Shown here piece by piece: positions 19,468 to 28,015 of a stretch of DNA of 59,867 nucleotides. Source of the DNA: Sedimentibacter sp. (GTDB taxonomy: Bacteria > Bacillota > Clostridia > Tissierellales > Sedimentibacteraceae); the NCBI GenBank assembly GCA_035270885.1, contig DATESJ010000123.1:1-59867 (forward strand), in the 5' to 3' direction. How positions within the stretch are numbered: position 1 is the stretch's first letter; each line of letters starts with the position of its first letter. The notes under the pieces were generated by a model that worked only from the letters and a program-made list of their open reading frames with translations, made no database searches and was not told where the DNA came from. The translations under genes and the position numbers were made by a program.

Positions 19468-22400
19468 TTACTCATCTTCTCTCGCATTAATATTTGTTTC
19501 TGCTACTCTTAAATTAATACTTTGTATATTATCTTTTGTGGGATATTTAATTAGTTTATTTAATTTACTCTCTTTATCAAGAGATAATATATTGCTATCG
19601 TCGATTACATTTTTCTTGAAATTCTCTGCTTGTTCCATCACCTTTTCAAATATCTCTTCATCCCATTCTGGAGGGTAACCATGTTTATATAATAAAACAG
19701 TCAAATCCATATTGAGTTGATTTTTTATATCATCTCGACTAGCCCAGTCTGCATATTGAGATTTATCATCTACCAATTCTTTAATAGCTTTAGCTAGGAT
19801 TAGACACTTACTATCTTCATAAACAAAATCATTATCATCTCTGACCTTTATCAAGATGTCGTAGAATGCTTTTTCCTCATAGCTAATACCCATCTTTTCA
19901 AAAGATATTTTATCTTCTTGAAGAGCTTTTAATATCTCTAACAATTCATCTGATAAACTATTAATAAAATCATAAACAACTTCACTAACAAAAACTTGGG
20001 AATCACGATTGTTATAGGATTCAACCACTCTTTTTAGCCTTTCGGAAAATTCTATAGCTTTAACCTTATTATTTTCTCCATATTTACTTATTGCCCTTCG
20101 TAGTAGTTTTAATAAAGCATTAAATTTTGATATAGGCATATCTATCTCATCAACTTGTTTTTGAAACTCTTCACCAAATAGCTCATCAGTACCTTTATTA
20201 ACTATATCTTCAACACCTGTAGATGTTATAGCATCATATACCATCTTTTCAACAACCCTATTCATAACTTCAGCATCAGGAGCATTTCCCTTTGTTTGCT
20301 TATAAATTATTGAACGAATTGCCAAATAAAATTGTGCTTGATTTGTTTCCTTATCTGTAAGCTGTCCCGAAGGATACGATATTTCGTAGGCAGCTTTCAT
20401 CTTCCTAGATAAATCCATAAACTTCATCTCTGTCTCTTTTGAAGTTTGTATGAACTCAGAACCCAAGTTTAAGCATAATAGTCGTTCCGTGGGATTACCA
20501 TTGAAAAACTTTGATGAATCAAATTGAATAAACATATCCTCTATTAAAGATAAATGATTTCTAAAGATACTTAAAGAAATACTTAATTCATCGATAGGAC
20601 TTTCTTGTGGACTTCCATATTGTTTTGCCGCCTTCAGCATTTCTTCCTTTATTCCAATATAATCCACAACAAGACCTGTTTCCTTGCCCTCAAATACTCT
20701 GTTGACCCTTGATATTGTTTGAATTAAAGTATGTTTCTGTAAAGGCTTGTCTATATACATAACGGCAAGAGAAGCTACATCAAAGCCAGTAATCCACATA
20801 TCCACTACTATGGCAATTTTAAAATTGGAATCATTGTTTTTAAATTGTTCATCTAACATTTGACGGTGACTTTTATTGCCACATAAATCAAATAATTCTT
20901 GTGGATCATTATTCCCTTGAGTTGCAACTAAATTTACTTTGCTAAGCTCTTTTAGTTTTTCAAGTTGGGTATCATCTAAGTCCTCTCTTTCAGTCTTTTT
21001 TGCATCAAACCATTCTGGTTTAATATCTTCTAACTTTTTATAAACTAAAAAAGCTAGAGTTCTATTAGCACATACAATCATTGCCTTCTGCACAATGTTT
21101 GGTTTTTCACTACAGAGTCTTGTGTAATGTTCTACAATATCATAGGCTAATTTACTTATTCTATCAGGATGTCCAAGTATTTTGCTCAACTTACTCATAG
21201 CACGTTTACTTGTTTCTACTTGTTCTGGATTGGAGCCTTCCTTAATAACCTCTTCATAGTATTTATCTATTTCCCTTACCTGCTCTTCAGATACTATAAC
21301 TCTAGCCAATCTAGGCTCATACTGGATTCTTACTGTAATTCCATCGTCACTACTTTCTTTCATAGTATAACTATCAACTATTTCACCAAAAACATGAATA
21401 GTTTCATCTATTGGTGTTCCAGTAAATCCAACATAAGTTGCATTAGGAAAACTATCCCTTAAATATTTAGCAAAACCATAGGTAGTTTCCACACCTTTTT
21501 CAGTGTATTTTAGTTTTGAGCCAATATTGGTCTGTGACCTATGAGCTTCATCTGAAATACAAATAATATTATTTCTTTCAGAAAGTAAGCCTGTAGTCTC
21601 ACAAAATTTTTGGATAGTGGTTATATAAATTCCACCACTTTGATTGTTAGCAAGTTCATCATTCAAAGCTTGTCTATCTGGAATGGACATTACTTTTTTA
21701 TCCTTTAGAAATTGTTTTGAGTCCTCAAATAACTTACTAGTCTGCTTATTTAAGTCATCTCTATCTACAATAACAATAATAGTGGGAGCATCAAAAACAT
21801 CCCTATAATGAGTAGCCAGCATTCTCGATAAAAAAAGCATTGCATAAGTTTTCCCACTTCCTGTTGCTCCGAAGTATGTACCACCCTTACCATCACCCTT
21901 TGGTTTTAGATGTGCTTTTATGTTTTCTAGCATTTTATTAGCAGCAAAATATTGTGGGTATCTGGTAACAATAGCCAACTCCTTACTTTCATCGTCAGGA
22001 TAATAAATAAAATCTCGTAATATACTTATTAAGCTCCCTTTACTAAAAGCTCCCTTTATCATGGTAAGCAGGGCAGAAATACCATTTGAAACCTTCTCAT
22101 CTTCATTTGCTTTATTCCATGAGTAATAGTATTCATATGGAGTGAAAATACTACCCATTTTTGTATTAGCACCATCTGATAAAACAGATAGGAAACAATA
22201 TTTGGTTAAGTTAGGAATATCCCTATTATAACGCATATGAATTTGTTCCCATGCATCATAAATAGTAGTATCTTCTTTGATAGCTGTCTTAAATTCAAAA
22301 ATTACCACGGGAATTCCATTAATGAAGATTATCATATCTGGTCTACGGTCTCTCGTTCCAGAAATAGTAATTTGGTTTATAACCTTAAAGATATTGTTAG

Positions 22401-22734
22401 TTGGAGCTTCAAAATCAATAAAGTCAATGTGTAAGGGCATTTCATTGTTATTGTCCCGGCTTAAATCAAAACCTTCATTTATTAAAAAGAATGCCTGCCT
22501 GTTAGAAGAATAAAGAGGATATGTGGAAATGTGCTTAATCTTATTAATTGCCTTTTCCAACTCTGTCTCTGTCAACCCAGGATATTTTGAGTATAAAAAG
22601 CTAGATAAATCCTCTTCAAGTATGATTTCATCGTATTTCCGATGTAACTCCTCGCCTTCTTGATGAATATAGTCCTGCTTAGTGAATAAATCGATTATTG
22701 CAAATTCAAGTTGCTCTTCATTAAACTGTTTCAC
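19468..22734 (-). CDS. hsdR: Type I restriction endonuclease subunit R
   Basis: PD...EFK nuclease motif, GATGSGKT, DEAH, FTGTP, MWITGFD, QTISRVNR; GTG start 22734 after GAGGAGG. Confidence 0.95.
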   Translation of the reverse strand: MKQFNEEQLEFAIIDLFTKQDYIHQEGEELHRKYDEIILEEDLSSFLYSKYPGLTETELEKAINKIKHISTYPLYSSNRQAFFLINEGFDLSRDNNNEMPLHIDFIDFEAPTNNIFKVINQITISGTRDRRPDMIIFINGIPVVIFEFKTAIKEDTTIYDAWEQIHMRYNRDIPNLTKYCFLSVLSDGANTKMGSIFTPYEYYYSWNKANEDEKVSNGISALLTMIKGAFSKGSLISILRDFIYYPDDESKELAIVTRYPQYFAANKMLENIKAHLKPKGDGKGGTYFGATGSGKTYAMLFLSRMLATHYRDVFDAPTIIVIVDRDDLNKQTSKLFEDSKQFLKDKKVMSIPDRQALNDELANNQSGGIYITTIQKFCETTGLLSERNNIICISDEAHRSQTNIGSKLKYTEKGVETTYGFAKYLRDSFPNATYVGFTGTPIDETIHVFGEIVDSYTMKESSDDGITVRIQYEPRLARVIVSEEQVREIDKYYEEVIKEGSNPEQVETSKRAMSKLSKILGHPDRISKLAYDIVEHYTRLCSEKPNIVQKAMIVCANRTLAFLVYKKLEDIKPEWFDAKKTEREDLDDTQLEKLKELSKVNLVATQGNNDPQELFDLCGNKSHRQMLDEQFKNNDSNFKIAIVVDMWITGFDVASLAVMYIDKPLQKHTLIQTISRVNRVFEGKETGLVVDYIGIKEEMLKAAKQYGSPQESPIDELSISLSIFRNHLSLIEDMFIQFDSSKFFNGNPTERLLCLNLGSEFIQTSKETEMKFMDLSRKMKAAYEISYPSGQLTDKETNQAQFYLAIRSIIYKQTKGNAPDAEVMNRVVEKMVYDAITSTGVEDIVNKGTDELFGEEFQKQVDEIDMPISKFNALLKLLRRAISKYGENNKVKAIEFSERLKRVVESYNNRDSQVFVSEVVYDFINSLSDELLEILKALQEDKISFEKMGISYEEKAFYDILIKVRDDNDFVYEDSKCLILAKAIKELVDDKSQYADWASRDDIKNQLNMDLTVLLYKHGYPPEWDEEIFEKVMEQAENFKKNVIDDSNILSLDKESKLNKLIKYPTKDNIQSINLRVAETNINAREDE

Positions 22735-23857
22735 CTTTAACCACCTCCTCAAGTGAACCTTTTATTAAAACTGGGCAAATATCATTAATTTGTCCTTTTA
22801 ACTGTTCATTAATTTCCATCCTTGTAATATAGGCATTATATATGTCCACAATGGAATTTTGAACTTTAATATCTGGTATTGGAATTTCGACTTCTACTAA
22901 ATCATCCCACATAAATGTTTCACGAGCTGACCCCCAAGAATGGAACCTCGTATAGCGGTCAAACTCTGACCTTTCAAAAAACATAAATAGATATTCAGGA
23001 TTTAATAATTCAGGTTTTGCTATATTAAAAACTATATATGAAGAAGAAACAATATAAGTGTCCTCAGTCCTGTTATAAGCCATTGTAATTCTATCACTAT
23101 TTCTAGAAGTTACAGTTACATAAGCAAAAGATTCTGGCTTTACAACTTTATAGGAAGTTAGTGATACCCCACTTAAATTTGCTTTGGTTTCAATAAATTC
23201 CTTTTGTATTGAAAGGCCTTTAACATTACTAATATCATACAATTCTTTGTTATTCCTACCATCTAAAGGCTGTATATAATCTTTTATTTTTTTACTAGGC
23301 ATTTCTCCTCTAAGTTTTTCTATCGTTGTATCGCATACCAGTTTTAAATCTTCTAAGCCTTTCTCATAAACTTCTTGATTTTTCAACATTGATTTATATA
23401 CAGCAACATATTTTTTTTGAATTTCAATTGAAGGTACTATTATTTCTATTCCACAAAACACTTCCCAATCTAAGTTTGCTCTTATGCTTCCATCACTTAA
23501 AAATGCACCATATCTATCTTTCTCTGAAGATTTAAAAATCATAAATAAATATTCTGGTAGGATTTTTTTCTTATCTACTTCAAAGGTAGTATAGGCTGGC
23601 GAAACCAAAACATCAGATTCTCTCTCATATAGCCCAATTCTTATGCATTGATCTCTTCCTGTTTGCATACCACTGAAGATGAATCTACCATTTGTCATTA
23701 TCTTATATTTTTTTTTGTCAACATTAGAGGTATTTGCTACTGTTGGCATAAATTCCTTATTTTTATTGATGCCATAAATAGGTAAATTGTAATCTTCAGT
23801 ATTGGTATAATTACATAATTTTATAAATTCTCCTATTTTTAACCGACTATATTTCAT
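22721..23857 (-). CDS. hsdS: Type I RM specificity subunit S
   Basis: Two TRD-conserved-region repeats (PEYLFM..., VPSIEIQ / IPDIKVQ); between hsdM and hsdR. Confidence 0.9.
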   Translation of the reverse strand: MKYSRLKIGEFIKLCNYTNTEDYNLPIYGINKNKEFMPTVANTSNVDKKKYKIMTNGRFIFSGMQTGRDQCIRIGLYERESDVLVSPAYTTFEVDKKKILPEYLFMIFKSSEKDRYGAFLSDGSIRANLDWEVFCGIEIIVPSIEIQKKYVAVYKSMLKNQEVYEKGLEDLKLVCDTTIEKLRGEMPSKKIKDYIQPLDGRNNKELYDISNVKGLSIQKEFIETKANLSGVSLTSYKVVKPESFAYVTVTSRNSDRITMAYNRTEDTYIVSSSYIVFNIAKPELLNPEYLFMFFERSEFDRYTRFHSWGSARETFMWDDLVEVEIPIPDIKVQNSIVDIYNAYITRMEINEQLKGQINDICPVLIKGSLEEVVKGETV

Positions 23858-25439
23858 ATCCAATCCCCCTAAAAGCATCTTCTAGGCTTTTTTGTGATTC
23901 TTTTTCAAGTTTCATTATATATTTCATTTCGGTTTGAATACGCACCATTTCTTTTTCATAATCAATATCCAAATCCCTATCTATAAACTCTACATACTTA
24001 CTTGGGGCAAGAGAATAGTTAGCCTCCCTGATTTCCTTTAAACTTGCAGATTTGCAAAGTTCAGGAATATCATCATATCCTTGACTTGTTTGCCATGAAA
24101 AATAAAGGTTCTTTATTCTATCTATTTGTTCATCTGTTAAAACCGTTTTTCTTTTCTTGCTTCTTTTGGAAATATCATATTCTGCAATATTTTCATCCCA
24201 GGTACGTAAATCTACAAATAATATTTCATTTGTCCTGTCTTTGACTTGCCTATTATTCAATGTTCTTGCTTTTTTATTATTATTTATAATCCATAGGGTC
24301 ACTGATATATCTGTTGTATAAAACATATCTCTCGGCAAAACAATAATTGCTTCTATTTTATCATTTTCTATAAGTTTTTTTCTGATTTCATATTCTACTC
24401 CATCAGAATTTAAAGCTCCGTTAGCAAGCAAAAATCCAGCTACACCATTTGTTACATCTAATTTTGATAACATATGAAGTATCCAAGCATAGTTAGCATT
24501 TGATTTTGGTGGTGTTTCATAGCCATGCCAGCGTGGATCGGTTAATAGTTCATTATCCCCTCGCCAATCCTTTAAATTAAATGGTGGATTAGCCATTATA
24601 TAGTCAACTTTTCTATTTAAATGTTGATCGTCTGTAAAAGTTGAGCTTTCACCAACTGCCTTTTCTCCTAAGTCATAAGCAATTCCACGTATAGCTAGAT
24701 TCATTTTTGCTAATCGCCTGGTATCTGGATTTTTCTCCTGCCCCACTATAGAAACCTTTAATTTATTACCATGATGTCTTTCCACAAACTTCATAGATTG
24801 AACAAACATACCTCCAGAGCCACAACAGGGGTCGTAAACTGATCCACTATATGGTTCTATTAACTCCGCAATCAATTCAACAAGACAAGCTGGTGTGTAG
24901 AACTCACCCTCTTCTTTAGTGCTTGCTACAGCATAGCTTTGTAGGAAATATTCATATACTCTTCCAATTAAATCTTCCTCTTGAAATCTCTCTTCATTTA
25001 TTTTATTAATCTCATCTATTAAGTTTTTAAGTGTTCTAATATCCGCCCCTAAACTACTATAAAAATTAGAGAGCAATGCTCCCTGTAATGGAGGATTGTC
25101 CTTTTCAATATCAGCCATTGCTGTATCTAACTTTACAGCAATATCGTTACTATTAGCCTCTTTTACAATATATGACCACCTACAATGTTCTTGTAAATAA
25201 AAAACATTCTTAGCTAAATAAAAAGATTTCTTTTCTAGAAAAGCAGGTATATCACCATATTCTTCCTTAAGTTCTTTACGTCTTTTTTCAAATTTATCTC
25301 CAGCAAATTTTATGAATACAAGACCTATAACAGCATCTCTGTTTTTTTCTGTTCCTCCAGCACCTCTTAGTGCATTTCTACAATTAAATAATATTGATTC
25401 TAAAGTTTGTCCATTCTCTTGCTTATTATTTTTAGACAT
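23847..25439 (-). CDS. hsdM: Type I RM N6-adenine methyltransferase subunit M
   Basis: GEFYTP, YDPCCGSGGM, ANPPFN. Confidence 0.95.
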   Translation of the reverse strand: MSKNNKQENGQTLESILFNCRNALRGAGGTEKNRDAVIGLVFIKFAGDKFEKRRKELKEEYGDIPAFLEKKSFYLAKNVFYLQEHCRWSYIVKEANSNDIAVKLDTAMADIEKDNPPLQGALLSNFYSSLGADIRTLKNLIDEINKINEERFQEEDLIGRVYEYFLQSYAVASTKEEGEFYTPACLVELIAELIEPYSGSVYDPCCGSGGMFVQSMKFVERHHGNKLKVSIVGQEKNPDTRRLAKMNLAIRGIAYDLGEKAVGESSTFTDDQHLNRKVDYIMANPPFNLKDWRGDNELLTDPRWHGYETPPKSNANYAWILHMLSKLDVTNGVAGFLLANGALNSDGVEYEIRKKLIENDKIEAIIVLPRDMFYTTDISVTLWIINNNKKARTLNNRQVKDRTNEILFVDLRTWDENIAEYDISKRSKKRKTVLTDEQIDRIKNLYFSWQTSQGYDDIPELCKSASLKEIREANYSLAPSKYVEFIDRDLDIDYEKEMVRIQTEMKYIMKLEKESQKSLEDAFRGIGYEI

Positions 25440-25465
25440 AAACTATCTCCCTTATTTTATATTTT

Positions 25466-25687
25466 CTAATTAGTTAATTCAATTCTATCACCATTTGGTA
25501 AAGTAAATGATTGCTCATAAGTTATACCTAATATATCAGCTATTTTTTTAAGATCTTTTTCTCCAACTGTTCCTCTTTTTAATTTAGCATTAAAGTTCTG
25601 AGGTGAATAACCTATCCGCCTTGCAAGTTCTGAAACACTTATTCCCATTCTTACACACAAAACTTTTATTTGCTCTGATGTATCCAT
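25466..25687 (-). CDS. XRE/Cro-CI HTH regulator heading the defence operon
   Basis: ISVSELARRIGYSPQNFNAKLKR helix-turn-helix. Confidence 0.85.
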   Translation of the reverse strand: MDTSEQIKVLCVRMGISVSELARRIGYSPQNFNAKLKRGTVGEKDLKKIADILGITYEQSFTLPNGDRIELTN

Positions 25688-25716
25688 AGTACACCTCCAT
25701 AATCATCTTATTTTAT

Positions 25717-25745
25717 ATTATAAACGATTTAGTTTATATATTCAA
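25717..25745 (-). promoter_or_regulatory. Sigma-A promoter with overlapping palindromic operator
   Basis: TTGAAT-17-TATAAT; TATAAAC-N6-GTTTATA at 25719-25738. Confidence 0.7.
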
Positions 25746-25767
25746 TAAACAAAGGTTATGAAAAAAT

Positions 25768-25796
25768 AAAAAAATAGGGCAGACCGAAGCCTGCCC
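25768..25796 (-). terminator. Intrinsic terminator after the RadC/JAB gene
   Basis: GGGCAG...CTGCCC stem plus T-run. Confidence 0.8.
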
Positions 25797-25824
25797 ATAT
25801 CCAGTCTTGCTAATGCTACTGTAC

Positions 25825-27669
25825 TTATATCTCCCTATCCTTCTTCTTATCCCCTAGCTTGTCCTGTAGCTTATCTCCACTATCCTTTGCAACTTTATCT
25901 TTAAGCTTGTTAAGTTTTTCAATAGTAGATTCTTTTTTATTATCCTTTTTTTCTTTTATAGCATTTGTTTTTTCTAGGTTTTTATCTTTACTCTCTTCAG
26001 ATATATTTAGCTTACTTGCTTCAGCCCAGCTTATGAAATCAATATCGTGGAAAGATTTCTCTAGTGGGTAATTTTCTGCAAAATCATAATCTATATCATA
26101 CATTGCATTAGATAAATCTGTATAAGCATCTACAAAGCCATCTATTTTGTTAAAAAATTCTTTCTCCTTACTTGGTATGTCAATTGATTTTATATCCTTT
26201 TCTCTACCACTTGCAATATCATACTCTAGGTCATATATAAGCTCATCAAAGTAGTCATTGATTAGATTTACTCCATCGTTATTCATAAACCTGTCATAAA
26301 GTTCGTCTAGCAGCTCTGGATCTTCTATCCCATTCTCTATAGTAATCATAGCTTTAACGAAACCTTTATAGTCTTCATCTACCATTTTATTTATTTTATC
26401 GATTATTGTACCGTCTTTCTTCTGGGGATAACTATCAGAGTAGTTGCCCTGATTCCAAAAGAATTTATCATTATCACATTGTAGGCCAGAAACTTCAACA
26501 AATTGTCTTCCATCAAATAAGATAGCATTATCCTTATCTACATCTAAGACAATGGTTTCATCTGATAGTGCAGTTTTAATCTTATCTCCCACTTCTACAA
26601 TAGCCTTTTCCCCATCATAGATAGGCCTATCCTCCTTCACAGTTGACAACCTTTCCATCTTATCCTGATAGCTTGAATTATTGCTTAGAAAGCCACTTAC
26701 TTCTTGTGAAAAAGATAGGGTCTTCTCCTTACCTACTATAAAATGGTCTAAAAGCTCCAAGTCAAATATTTCTGTCATGCTTTCTAATCTCCTAGTCATG
26801 GATACATCTTCACTGCTAGGAGTAGGATTTCCACTAGGGTGATTATGAAATACTGCAAATCCTTTTACATCTTGATAGTTAAACAATGTTCTAGCCATAA
26901 TCTTTAGGTCTACAATTGAAGCATCTGTAGACCCTTTAAAAAGCTCTTCAGCTCCAATTATTTTCTCATTACTATCATAGATTAGCATACCAAAGACTTC
27001 TTGTTGATGATGTTGAAAGCCTATCTTTAGCAACTCCTTTATTTCATCTATATCTTCTACTACATTTAAATCTACTAACTCATTACTAGCTAGATAACTT
27101 GTAAAATCCTCATATTTATTTTTCAAACTATAATCCTTTTCACCATAAACCACTTCTGAATCATTAGCCAATCCATAGGACATAGATGGATAGTAGGTTT
27201 TGCCTGCCTTTTTAGATAAAAAACTATTATTTTCCTTCCCATAATTTATGGTGTCTATAACTTTCATACCTATTTTTTCAAAGTAATCTTTGGTTTCTTC
27301 CATTCTTTCATGGGGAGTCTCACTGGAAAAAGCCATGAATACCCTATTAGCCCCTGCCATTAAACCTTCCTTTAAAGCCTCCTTCACACTATTTTTCCAA
27401 CTTAGCCTAGTTCTTTTTAAGTGAACAGGATGATTCTTTGTATTTACAAAAATAATAGTCCCAGTATCTTTAGTAGGTAAGGTTGTTGATTTTACATAAT
27501 CTACTAGGACATCAGGACTATCTATTGCTTTTTTATTGTTTTTAATATTAGACTTGGCATAGTCTAAGAATTCTAAAAGAGGTTTTATCTCATTATCTTG
27601 TCTTTTTATTTTTTCATAAAGTTCTTCCTTGCTATTACAATTAAATTCCCTATATAAGTTATTTTTCAT
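25825..27669 (-). CDS. RadC-like JAB domain multidomain protein
   Basis: QEVF...ELFKGSTDASIVD...HNHPSGNPTPSSED...LLDHFIVG. Confidence 0.85.
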   Translation of the reverse strand: MKNNLYREFNCNSKEELYEKIKRQDNEIKPLLEFLDYAKSNIKNNKKAIDSPDVLVDYVKSTTLPTKDTGTIIFVNTKNHPVHLKRTRLSWKNSVKEALKEGLMAGANRVFMAFSSETPHERMEETKDYFEKIGMKVIDTINYGKENNSFLSKKAGKTYYPSMSYGLANDSEVVYGEKDYSLKNKYEDFTSYLASNELVDLNVVEDIDEIKELLKIGFQHHQQEVFGMLIYDSNEKIIGAEELFKGSTDASIVDLKIMARTLFNYQDVKGFAVFHNHPSGNPTPSSEDVSMTRRLESMTEIFDLELLDHFIVGKEKTLSFSQEVSGFLSNNSSYQDKMERLSTVKEDRPIYDGEKAIVEVGDKIKTALSDETIVLDVDKDNAILFDGRQFVEVSGLQCDNDKFFWNQGNYSDSYPQKKDGTIIDKINKMVDEDYKGFVKAMITIENGIEDPELLDELYDRFMNNDGVNLINDYFDELIYDLEYDIASGREKDIKSIDIPSKEKEFFNKIDGFVDAYTDLSNAMYDIDYDFAENYPLEKSFHDIDFISWAEASKLNISEESKDKNLEKTNAIKEKKDNKKESTIEKLNKLKDKVAKDSGDKLQDKLGDKKKDREI

Positions 27670-27829
27670 TCCTATCCACCTCCCTATCAAGGTCTGTAGA
27701 ATAGGTTTTAAATAATTCCTTTATCTCCTTAACCTTTTCATCCCCTGGATTTTCCTTAATATAGGTCATTATTTCATCATAGCTATTAAGGCCAAAATAC
27801 CCCAATAGCCTATTTCTTTCATTAAACAT
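27659..27829 (-). CDS. Small hypothetical protein
   Basis: AAGGAGG RBS before ATG 27829; overlaps the next gene; resembles the N-terminus of the JAB protein. Confidence 0.65.
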   Translation of the reverse strand: MFNERNRLLGYFGLNSYDEIMTYIKENPGDEKVKEIKELFKTYSTDLDREVDRNEK

Positions 27830-28015
27830 AATATTCCTCCTTACGGTTTTCATTTATAATTCTTTTTACAATGCATTTATGGTTTTTAAAAATAGGAAAA
27901 ACTCCGAGTTTCCTCAGAGTTTATTTCAGGGCATCAGGGGGCTACACCCCCTAATAACCCCTGTGGACTTTATTTCTAATAAATTCGTAGAATTTACCAA
28001 AAATAAAGTATTATA

